A DNA stretch of 50,715 nt, taken from NCBI GenBank assembly GCA_964613185.1, contig CAZTIP010000001.1, positions 1-50,715 of the forward strand, given 5' to 3'. The notes under the pieces were generated by a model. It was not told where the DNA came from. It did no database searches and saw nothing but the letters and a program-made list of their open reading frames with translations. A program made the translations under genes and the position numbers. Position 1 is the first letter of the stretch; each line of letters begins with the position of its first letter. Origin of the DNA: Candidatus Woesearchaeota archaeon (GTDB lineage Archaea > Nanobdellota > Nanobdellia > Pacearchaeales > GW2011-AR1). Of the stretch, positions 36,762 through 45,292 are shown piece after piece.

Positions 36762-38921
36762 TTACGCCAATCCTGAAAGTGCAATCGCCGCAACAATAGA
36801 CAATCCAACAATCGCACCGAGGGCAACAACAAAATAAAGGATAAATGTTATCTTCAAATTCTTCCCCGTTTCATAAGTTGTTTGTAATTGGTCTCGTCCA
36901 GATTTAATTGAAACTAAAGTTCCTGTTAAAATAAAAACTATCTCTATCAAATAAAACCCCACAACAATCTGCAACCAATAAGTTGGAATCATTGTGGAAA
37001 TATCGAATATAGAAAGTATCCCTTCAATTCCTCCAGCACCAAATGCTTCCGAAGTACCCCCACCTTCAAACATCGCAGAGAGGTTTCCTAAAATTGTCGT
37101 AATCATTCCAGAAAGACCGACGATAATTCCAGAAAGAAGAGGTGCTAAAAAATTCATATTAGATTTCATATCCGAAATTATTCCGGCGAGTAAATCATTC
37201 AATCGAGAATCAATCTTCCTAATATTTTTAACATATTCCGAAATCGACATTAAACTTCTCGCTGCAACCTTCAAACCTTTCTTAACAGATTCGGTTAAAA
37301 TTCTCATTGAAGTTTCAACCAATTGGGAAGGATAAAAAATCACGGCACCCCTTTTAGGGTCAAACAAAGCTTTCTCAAGGTTCATTCCAAGACTTTGGAT
37401 ATTCTCATTAACAATTCTAAAAAATCCTTCTGTGGAAGTTCCTTTGGTGGATTCACTAACTTTAGCAAAGGCAATTTCTGCAGGAGTTCCATCGCCTATT
37501 CGATTTCCCAATTGAAACAAAGAAGAAGTAAATTCATTTTCAACAGACTTATATTTATCTCGAGCAACGATAAGCTCTTTAGTTTTCATTTTAAATGCAA
37601 CAACAAACATAATAGCAAAAGAGGCGGGAACAAACAAACTAAGAACTAAAGATAATGTGCCGAAGGGACCAACCAATTCTCCGGCGGCATTTGGAAAAAT
37701 CCCAAAAATTCCAGAATCTCCAAGAAATCCGACACCTATTTCTTTCCAACTATAATCTCTCGCCATATTCAACCATTCAGGAACTGCAGTATATCTCCAA
37801 AGAAACGGAATTATCCCAAGGATAAAAAATGGAAGTCCAACCAATGCCCCAATCCAATAAGGTTTGTTACTCAAATAAGTTTGATATAATGGATTTTTCT
37901 TTAACAAACTAGACTCCCCATAACCTCCAGGCCGTTTCATCACCACATTTCTAGTTAGAAAAATAACCATAAACGGAATTAAAAGATTAAAAATAACCAT
38001 CACATGATACCATTTAATCGCTCCTGCCAACATCGTAGATGCTAAAGGTAAAATCGCCAAAGCAAGAGTAGGTAAAACAATTCCAAGCATATAAATATTT
38101 GTTAGAGGGGCCTTAACATCGTGAGTATATTTTAACATCTTGTCATAAACCCCGTCAAGAATTACTTGGAGAGATTTCTCCAAAACTTCAACTCTCCGAA
38201 TTTCTTCAGATTCGTACAAACTAGATTCAACCAAATGAAATGCTTCAACGAATTCCCCACTGTAATCCCTCCATCCAGTAAGATAGCTATCCAAACTATC
38301 TTTAACCGTAGAAAATTTTCCAACTTCGACATCCCAAAAAATCTTGTGAAAGTCTAAAGATAGAGGTTCATCTAAATGTTCTGCTGCAAAAGCAATCGCT
38401 TTTTCCAAATTAGAAGTATGTTTCATATAAATAACAATATACAAAATTGCTGGGACCATCTGACTACTAGCTTTCAAACGCCAACGAATTGCAAGTTGTT
38501 CAGGAATTTTAGAAGAATAGAAAAATAGAAAAATAGAAAAAACTAAAACTAAAAAAAGCAACATAAATGAATAAGTTTCTGTCAAAAGCCAAATTGAAAT
38601 AAAAATCAAAATTCCACCAAATAAGGAAAGAAATAAAATCATTGTAGAAAGAACGACCGCTTCGGATGGAGTAATGTTCAAATGAGCAATTTCTATTGCA
38701 CGTCCAATTCGATTTTTATCTTTCTCTCCAACTTTAATTTTAAATGCATTCCCTAAAGTTTTACACCATCTTTCATAACGGCTAAATTCGGGAGACATCC
38801 CGGCACGAAACGTTTCATAACTTTTACTAAATTTATTTTGTGCAGGACGCTCCTCATAATTTTTTATTTGCCCATCTATCTTCGCACCATATTTTTTCAA
38901 AATATCGTCTGTAGAAGTCAT
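36762..38921 (-). CDS. tadC: Type IV pilus membrane platform protein (fused TadB/TadC, T2SS F-like)
   Basis: Polytopic membrane protein with two T2SSF-like halves (TSNLEKAIAFAA.. and RIGDGTPAEIAF..); downstream of the ATPase. Confidence 0.85.
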   Translation of the reverse strand: MTSTDDILKKYGAKIDGQIKNYEERPAQNKFSKSYETFRAGMSPEFSRYERWCKTLGNAFKIKVGEKDKNRIGRAIEIAHLNITPSEAVVLSTMILFLSLFGGILIFISIWLLTETYSFMLLFLVLVFSIFLFFYSSKIPEQLAIRWRLKASSQMVPAILYIVIYMKHTSNLEKAIAFAAEHLDEPLSLDFHKIFWDVEVGKFSTVKDSLDSYLTGWRDYSGEFVEAFHLVESSLYESEEIRRVEVLEKSLQVILDGVYDKMLKYTHDVKAPLTNIYMLGIVLPTLALAILPLASTMLAGAIKWYHVMVIFNLLIPFMVIFLTRNVVMKRPGGYGESSLLKKNPLYQTYLSNKPYWIGALVGLPFFILGIIPFLWRYTAVPEWLNMARDYSWKEIGVGFLGDSGIFGIFPNAAGELVGPFGTLSLVLSLFVPASFAIMFVVAFKMKTKELIVARDKYKSVENEFTSSLFQLGNRIGDGTPAEIAFAKVSESTKGTSTEGFFRIVNENIQSLGMNLEKALFDPKRGAVIFYPSQLVETSMRILTESVKKGLKVAARSLMSISEYVKNIRKIDSRLNDLLAGIISDMKSNMNFLAPLLSGIIVGLSGMITTILGNLSAMFEGGGTSEAFGAGGIEGILSIFDISTMIPTYWLQIVVGFYLIEIVFILTGTLVSIKSGRDQLQTTYETGKNLKITFILYFVVALGAIVGLSIVAAIALSGLA

Positions 38922-39085
38922 CTTTTCACCTCCTCACGACGCAACAATTTCGAAACAGCCAAATCAATAAATTGTTTCTTGTTAACATACTTAAATTTAT
39001 TTTTTTCTAAATTAATAAACTCTTCGACACGCTTCAAAAGTTCAGAATCAATTTTAACAACAGAATCTAAAGATTTTTTAACCAT
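38918..39085 (-). CDS. Ribbon-helix-helix (CopG/Arc-like) protein (55 aa, not in ORF track)
   Basis: MVKKSLDSVVKIDSELLKRVEEFINLEKNKFKYVNKKQFIDLAVSKLL; ATGA overlap with tadC. Confidence 0.8.
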   Translation of the reverse strand: MVKKSLDSVVKIDSELLKRVEEFINLEKNKFKYVNKKQFIDLAVSKLLRREEVKR

Positions 39086-39119
39086 AGTTACTTCCAGTAA
39101 CTCAAAGTAACTTTATAAA
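39086..39119 (-). promoter_or_regulatory. Internal promoter with three phased AGTWACT operator boxes
   Basis: AGTTACT 39086-39092, AGTAACT 39096-39102, AGTAACT 39106-39112; minus-strand TTTATAAA at 39112-39119. Confidence 0.7.
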
Positions 39120-41383
39120 TCTAATCTCTTCGCCTCTTTTTCAAGCCATTTTTTCCATTCAGGAAAAACACGTTCACTAGTTGGCAACCCAATTTCTTCA
39201 TTAACCCCATTAGAAATCTGGTGAAATGCATTATTTGATTTTACGGTAAATTCTGCCTCCAACAATTCAGGTAAATTCATTTTTTCAGAAAAAGAAACGC
39301 TTTCTTCTTTTATTTTTTGTCTTAAAACAACATTGTCCCAAACAGCATCCCAATTTCCTGCCCATCCACGAACATTGGAAGCAATATCTTTCATAATCTC
39401 AGAATTACCATTAATTAAATCATCAGAAGGTTTTATTTTATCTTCCTTAACATCATACTTCATCAAATCAATAAATCCTCCTTCTGCCAGAGGGTCTTTT
39501 TCCCAGTGTTTTCTAACTTCCGAAATTTGTAAAACTCTTCTCCAAGATTTCAATCCATCTGGAGATTTAATAGGGTTTGCAACCACAATTAAATCTGTTG
39601 CTTTAAATGAAGTAATGGGGACTTGCAAATCATTAACAACTCTATCAAAAACGGAATAGGGGCTCCCTCCATGAATAGTTCCTGCAACTACATTTGCCAA
39701 AGCACCAACCCTCATTGCCTCATAAAGTGCCTTCGCTTCAGAAGAACGAATTTCACCCACAATCAGAGAGGAATCCCCTAAACGAAGACTTGCGCGAATT
39801 CCTTCTTCTGCAGAAACTTCAGTAGATTCTCCCGCCAATGCACTCCTAACTTTCATAGACAAAATATCGTAATCCAACCGTCTCATTTCTGCAACAGGCA
39901 ATTCCAAAGTATCTTCAATAGTCAGGATTCTATGACTCGGCATAATCTCCAAAAGTAAACTTCCTAAAAGAGAAGTTTTTCCAGAGGAACGAGTTCCTGC
40001 AACTAATAAAGTTCTAGCTCCATCAATCATAAAACTTAACAAGCCAGCCCCTAAACTATCAATCATTTTATTTTTAACAAACAGAGGGAGTGTCCAAGGA
40101 TTACTCCTATGTCGTCTCAAGGTATATGCAATCCCACTTGCAGAAAGAGGTTGTTGAATAATTGCAATTCTCGCACTCATATTTTCAAGATTTAAGCTGG
40201 TGTCTAAAACAGGGTTTGCCTCATCAAGAGCACGACCTGAAGACATCCTAAATTTTGCAGCCCAAGAATCTGCATCTTCCTGAGAAGGGATTAAATTAGA
40301 AACACATTCTCCAAAATCATTATGTTTAACAAAAATCGGAGAAAGAGAAACAGGGGCATTAACCATAATATCTTGCAAATTTTCATCTTTCAATAAAACT
40401 TCCAAAACCCCAAAACCGATAGTATGTCTTACCAAAATAGTTGAAAGTTTGATTAAGTTTTCATAGTTAAGTGAAATATTTTTATTAGCAGCTAAATCTT
40501 TAAGCAAATCTCGAGCAACATTCAAAAAAATTTGCCTGGTTCTTTCAGAATCATTAAATTCTTGTTCAGTTGGACGATGTTCAATTAAAACATTTCTTGC
40601 CAAATTAAGTAAAAGATGATAATCATCATTCAAAAGATATTCTGGAGGAGTCAAATGATAAACCAATTTAGATTTATTTGGTCTCTTAAAAATTGTGACT
40701 AGGCTAGTATCAGGACCTTCAGAAATAGTATATTGTTTAATTATTTCTGCATCTGAGGGAATTTTAGCAACCATTCTTGTAAATGTGAAATTTGGCATAA
40801 TATCTGCCCTAAAAACTTCAGAATAAATATTCCTATCTCCCGTAGAATAAACATCAAAACTTAATTTTAATTTTTTAATAATTTCAAGTTCTTCAAATTT
40901 TCCAACAAGATTTTCCAATAAATTAACATATGCTACATTGTCTTTCCCTTTTTCCCTTAAAGCACGTTGTTCAAATAATGAATTTTTCAAATTACGATAA
41001 GCTTTCAAAGGGTCTTGTTTCAAAAGTCCATTAAAAATAAAATTCAAAAAAGAAAACGCCTCGTGATATGAACTCCCCAATAAAGAAAGATTTTCAACAG
41101 ACGTTATTTTTTCCTGATTAACAAAAAATTCATAAAGATTTGAAATTTCAATAAGCATCTTAACTTGGGGGAAATCATGAGAATAATTTCTTTGTTGAAC
41201 AAATACAATCCTACTAACATTTGGATCTTCTTTCAGGTTATCTAAAGTCCTTGCCATAACTTCTCCAGAATCTATCATAGAAGGAACAAAGGGTGCTCCA
41301 AGATAATTAATATACATTACATTTTCTCCACTTTCACGAATAATCTCGTAAGAATATAATGGGGATCCTGCCTTAAACATCAT
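39113..41383 (-). CDS. Type II/IV secretion (pilus assembly) ATPase with long N-terminal extension
   Basis: Walker A AGTRSSGKTS, Asp box TIEDTLEL, Walker B LIVGEIRSSEA, His box GTIHG. Confidence 0.93.
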   Translation of the reverse strand: MMFKAGSPLYSYEIIRESGENVMYINYLGAPFVPSMIDSGEVMARTLDNLKEDPNVSRIVFVQQRNYSHDFPQVKMLIEISNLYEFFVNQEKITSVENLSLLGSSYHEAFSFLNFIFNGLLKQDPLKAYRNLKNSLFEQRALREKGKDNVAYVNLLENLVGKFEELEIIKKLKLSFDVYSTGDRNIYSEVFRADIMPNFTFTRMVAKIPSDAEIIKQYTISEGPDTSLVTIFKRPNKSKLVYHLTPPEYLLNDDYHLLLNLARNVLIEHRPTEQEFNDSERTRQIFLNVARDLLKDLAANKNISLNYENLIKLSTILVRHTIGFGVLEVLLKDENLQDIMVNAPVSLSPIFVKHNDFGECVSNLIPSQEDADSWAAKFRMSSGRALDEANPVLDTSLNLENMSARIAIIQQPLSASGIAYTLRRHRSNPWTLPLFVKNKMIDSLGAGLLSFMIDGARTLLVAGTRSSGKTSLLGSLLLEIMPSHRILTIEDTLELPVAEMRRLDYDILSMKVRSALAGESTEVSAEEGIRASLRLGDSSLIVGEIRSSEAKALYEAMRVGALANVVAGTIHGGSPYSVFDRVVNDLQVPITSFKATDLIVVANPIKSPDGLKSWRRVLQISEVRKHWEKDPLAEGGFIDLMKYDVKEDKIKPSDDLINGNSEIMKDIASNVRGWAGNWDAVWDNVVLRQKIKEESVSFSEKMNLPELLEAEFTVKSNNAFHQISNGVNEEIGLPTSERVFPEWKKWLEKEAKRLDL

Positions 41384-41532
41384 TTTCAAAATTCATAAAT
41401 GACAAATCAAAACCAATTTTTATTTTATTCCTCATCTTTTCCTCCGCTAAGATAAATAAAAACCCATATTAAAATTTATGTATATATTAAAATAACCAAA
41501 ATTATTATAAACTTCTTAAAACATAAAATCCT

Positions 41533-41934
41533 ATGGTAAATCAAAAAACTGGAGAGGATAACTTTCAGTTTCTTCTAGCAGATTTTAACACTCGATTAAG
41601 AGATATATCTGAGAGAAATCGGTTAATCAGGGAAAGAGTTTTATTATTGGGTCAAAATTTAATTTCATCAAAGCAAGAATCTGAAGAGAGTTTAAGAAAA
41701 ATAAGAAAAGAAAATGAAGAGATAAAAAAGAAAATAGAAAATTTAGAAAAGATTTCAAATAGTTTATTGACAGAGTTTAATAAATTTGTAAAAAGGGATG
41801 AAATGATTTTAGTTGAAAGAATGTTAAAAGATTTTCAACCACTCGAATTTATGCGAAAAAAGGATGTAGAAGAGTTGATTAATCAAAAATTTTCAACTAA
41901 GAAAGAAATAAAAACCAAAGGTTCCAATAAATAA
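41533..41934 (+). CDS. Coiled-coil hypothetical protein
   Basis: Continuous heptad-like helix; divergent from the ATPase with TATA box upstream. Confidence 0.7.
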   Translation: MVNQKTGEDNFQFLLADFNTRLRDISERNRLIRERVLLLGQNLISSKQESEESLRKIRKENEEIKKKIENLEKISNSLLTEFNKFVKRDEMILVERMLKDFQPLEFMRKKDVEELINQKFSTKKEIKTKGSNK

Positions 41935-41935
41935 C

Positions 41936-42607
41936 ATGGCCACATTAGACAGAATTATTGAACTTCAATCAAGAGGTTTTTCTCAAGACCAAATAGTTCA
42001 ACAATTACAAAATGAAGGGGTTTCTCCAAAAGAGATTAACGAATCTCTAAATCAAGCAAATGTAAAAAATGCAATTTCTCCACAGGAAAATATACAGCAA
42101 ACAGAGCCCCCAGCACCACAATATTCTGAACAACCACAAGAATCTCCACAACAGGAACAATCACCTCAAGTACCTTCTCCTGAAGGGCAATCACAACAAT
42201 CTCCAGAAATTTATCCTGCAGAAAATCAAGAGTATTACCAACAAACACCTCAGGCATATTCAGGGCAAGAATACTATCCTCAAACAAATTCACAAGATAC
42301 CAGTGCAATCTCAGAAATAGTCGAACAAGTAGTTTCTGAAAAATTAGAAAAATTTCAGGAAAAGACAGGAGACATCGGGCAATTTCAAATAGACATTAAA
42401 GAAAAAGTTTCAAATATAGATGAACGATTAAAAAAGATAGAGAATTCAATAGATAAATTACAGCAAGCAGTTATTGGGAAAATTGGAGAATTTGGAGAAA
42501 GTTCTGCAATGGTCCATAAAGATTTAGAAAATTTGCACGGAACAGTTTCAAAATTGATGAATCCATTAATTGACAATGTAAATGAACTGAAAAAGAAATC
42601 AAAATAA
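41936..42607 (+). CDS. Hypothetical protein: small helical N-domain, Gln/Pro-rich linker, C-terminal coiled coil
   Basis: IIELQSRGFSQDQIVQQLQNEGVSPKEINESL, Q/P/Y-rich linker, heptad C-terminus. Confidence 0.7.
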   Translation: MATLDRIIELQSRGFSQDQIVQQLQNEGVSPKEINESLNQANVKNAISPQENIQQTEPPAPQYSEQPQESPQQEQSPQVPSPEGQSQQSPEIYPAENQEYYQQTPQAYSGQEYYPQTNSQDTSAISEIVEQVVSEKLEKFQEKTGDIGQFQIDIKEKVSNIDERLKKIENSIDKLQQAVIGKIGEFGESSAMVHKDLENLHGTVSKLMNPLIDNVNELKKKSK

Positions 42608-42653
42608 TTTAATAAATTCAATTTTCAATTAATTTTTTTCAAAAATTTTAAAT

Positions 42654-43133
42654 TTAATTACCGATTTTCCAAGAAACAACTCCTGCAATTAACAGAAGAA
42701 GAATCATTCCAAACCAATCAGTGTTAAACCATGATTGAACAGATCCCCAATCAATAACCCAATTAAAAACGTATGCAGAAGAAACAACAAAAAATGCTGC
42801 AATTATTCCAAGAAACGCCCATGAAAACCAATTTCCTTGAGTCATAAATTTAAACGGTTCTTTCCAGGGCAAAAATGCAATCAAGGTAACTAAGAAAAAT
42901 AATGAGACCACTCCGACCGCAAACCATGCAGAATTAAATTGCACAAATTCAACGAGAGAGGCCTCAACGATAAAAAAACTAGAAACTATAAACGAAATAA
43001 ATAATGAGACTGCACTATTTTCTCCCAAAATTCCAGTCTTTTTCAATAAAGCAAAAATAACAATAAACACTAAAAGAAAAGAAAAGATAGGCATAAAATA
43101 ATTTATTGCAGAAAATGAAACTTCGGAGACCAT
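42654..43133 (-). CDS. Polytopic membrane protein, paralog 3
   Basis: PIFSFLLVFIVIFALLKKTGILG motif shared with its neighbours. Confidence 0.75.
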   Translation of the reverse strand: MVSEVSFSAINYFMPIFSFLLVFIVIFALLKKTGILGENSAVSLFISFIVSSFFIVEASLVEFVQFNSAWFAVGVVSLFFLVTLIAFLPWKEPFKFMTQGNWFSWAFLGIIAAFFVVSSAYVFNWVIDWGSVQSWFNTDWFGMILLLLIAGVVSWKIGN

Positions 43134-43135
43134 TC

Positions 43136-43627
43136 TTAATTTTTCCCACCAGAACTGGCACTAACAATTATTGCAATTAAGACTCCAAGGATTATCAAGG
43201 ACCAAACATATTCTGCAAACCATCCTCCAAAACCATAATATCCTGTCCAACTATCCCATGAGCTCAGGGCCCAAATAACAACCCCTACACCAGTAAGCCA
43301 CCCAATAAAACTAAGTTTCTTTTTATGTTCTTCTTTATCCAAATCAAAGAAAAAGCCAATTAAGATTAATAAGACTAAAAATACTGAAAGCCCAATTCCA
43401 AACCTTGGAAAAATCACTGCAAAAAATTCGGAAACATAATCAAATTGTAATGAAAGGAGCCCAAGAGATGCAGCAACAATAGACATAATTGGACGATTTT
43501 TTCCAAGAATTTCCGATTTCTCAAGAATTGCAAAAACAACTGCAAAGATTAAAAGAAACGGAATTACATAAGAGAATACACCTAATTGAGTCCATTGATT
43601 TAAAATATCTGTAATCGTTACAACCAT
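43136..43627 (-). CDS. Polytopic membrane protein, paralog 2
   Basis: VIPFLLIFAVVFAILEKSEILG. Confidence 0.75.
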   Translation of the reverse strand: MVVTITDILNQWTQLGVFSYVIPFLLIFAVVFAILEKSEILGKNRPIMSIVAASLGLLSLQFDYVSEFFAVIFPRFGIGLSVFLVLLILIGFFFDLDKEEHKKKLSFIGWLTGVGVVIWALSSWDSWTGYYGFGGWFAEYVWSLIILGVLIAIIVSASSGGKN

Positions 43628-43670
43628 AATAATCAATAGAAATCTTATTTATATATGTTTTGTCCAATAC

Positions 43671-44168
43671 CTAATCACTGCTACTTTTTCCACTTCCATT
43701 TCCACCACGGACAGCGACGACCATTGCAACAATAACCAATATAATTACAATTCCATTCATCAACCAATTACTATCTCCTGCACCCTCAAACCATCCGGAA
43801 ACAATCGAGCCAAGACCAGTGACATAAAGGACAACACCTAAAGTAAAAATTCCTGCTAAAATTCCAAAAGTCCATTTCATCCAATCAGGTGCATTTCCTC
43901 CAGACAAATCTCCACCAACAAAACCATACAAAATTAAAAATACCAGCATCACAGCAACACCCACAGAAAGCCAGGGCATCAAATCAACAACAATTGTTCG
44001 AGGACCTTCAGCACTTATTAAAATCAAAGCAACAGCAAGAGCAATCAACGAATCAATTTGGGATTTTCCTTCCCCCAAAACTTTAGACTTTTGCAAAATT
44101 GCAAAGATGACTACAAAGATTAGCAAAAAAGGTAAAACACCTTCTGTAAAAAATGAACTTAACGCCAT
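43671..44168 (-). CDS. Polytopic membrane protein, paralog 1
   Basis: VLPFLLIFVVIFAILQKSKVLG. Confidence 0.75.
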   Translation of the reverse strand: MALSSFFTEGVLPFLLIFVVIFAILQKSKVLGEGKSQIDSLIALAVALILISAEGPRTIVVDLMPWLSVGVAVMLVFLILYGFVGGDLSGGNAPDWMKWTFGILAGIFTLGVVLYVTGLGSIVSGWFEGAGDSNWLMNGIVIILVIVAMVVAVRGGNGSGKSSSD

Positions 44169-44221
44169 GATAAAAAATATGAATAAAAACTATTTAAAAC
44201 TATCCCTTAAATTTTAAATAA

Positions 44222-44515
44222 TCAAATTAATTCTTCACCTTCAATTGGAAAATCTTCTTCTTCGGGTTGAACGGGAACTGCATTTCGATTAATCAAAACA
44301 ACATCTCCAATCGCCTTAATAAATTGGTGAGGCACAATAATCCCCCTTGCACCACCAAGAACTTCCAACATCCCAGAATCTCGGGCAACAACAATTCTCC
44401 AACCATCAATCTTATTATCTATAAGATTGATCTCCTCGACAACACCAAATAAATCCCCAGAATCAGTATAAACCTTTCTACCAACAACCTCGCTCATTTT
44501 TTTTATTTTCAACAT
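44222..44515 (-). CDS. PRC-barrel domain protein (CdpB-like)
   Basis: SEVVGRKVYTDSG..FGVVEEI and IIVP...IKAIGDVVLI. Confidence 0.88.
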   Translation of the reverse strand: MLKIKKMSEVVGRKVYTDSGDLFGVVEEINLIDNKIDGWRIVVARDSGMLEVLGGARGIIVPHQFIKAIGDVVLINRNAVPVQPEEEDFPIEGEELI

Positions 44516-44622
44516 ATCTTCAATACAAACTTTTCATTTAAATACATTTCTATGATTCAGATTATATTCCAGTTTTTATTCAAATTACATAAATTTATAA
44601 AAAATTAAAAATTAAATAATTT

Positions 44623-45252
44623 ATGGATTTAAGAGAAATAAGAAAAGAGTCTTTAATAGTTTTAATTTCATCATTAGTTTTAGCACTTACAATTTCTTTC
44701 AAAGATAATTCAATTTTAAATTATACATTTATTAGTTTCTTCATTATTTTAAGTATAAACATTTTAGCAAAAAAAATAGCAGGAAATTTTTTAGAAACAA
44801 ATGTAAAAACAAAATTTTGGAGAATTTATCAATGGGGTTTCAGAAAAGATGCACATTTTAAAACAAAACTTCCCATGATTTGGTTGCCATTAATTTTAAC
44901 ACTAATAACTAAGGGAATTTTTTGGTGGTTAGCAATTTTGCAATTTGATGTAGAGGCAAAAACTGAAAGAGTTTCAAGAAAACATGGACTCTATAGATTT
45001 ACTCAAGTAACTGAGTGGCACATTGCATGGATTGCAATTTGGGGAATTATTGCAAACTTAATTCTCGCAATAATAGGTTATCTTGCAGGATTTGAATTAT
45101 TCGCAAAATTAAACATTTATTTCGCAATGTGGTCTATAATCCCATTATCAAATTTAGACGGTTCAAAAATTTTCTTCTCTTCGAGAGGGCTCTGGATAAC
45201 CATATTTACAATTTTGTTAGTTTTCTTTGGATGGAGTTTCATAATTTCTTAA
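44623..45252 (+). CDS. Site-2 protease (M50)-like membrane protein lacking HExxH
   Basis: IA..G..ANL and IIPLSNLDGSKI match the M50 C-terminal motifs; the HExxH position reads NILAK. Confidence 0.6.
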   Translation: MDLREIRKESLIVLISSLVLALTISFKDNSILNYTFISFFIILSINILAKKIAGNFLETNVKTKFWRIYQWGFRKDAHFKTKLPMIWLPLILTLITKGIFWWLAILQFDVEAKTERVSRKHGLYRFTQVTEWHIAWIAIWGIIANLILAIIGYLAGFELFAKLNIYFAMWSIIPLSNLDGSKIFFSSRGLWITIFTILLVFFGWSFIIS

Positions 45253-45292
45253 CATTCCAAATTTATAAAAACATAAAAAACCTTTTCAAAAG

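Noticed and set aside
28458-41383. Archaellum or conjugative/proviral element interpretation of the pilus locus
   Set aside because: No FlaH/F/G, archaellin, VirB4/VirD4, relaxase, integrase or capsid signature; flanks are housekeeping genes
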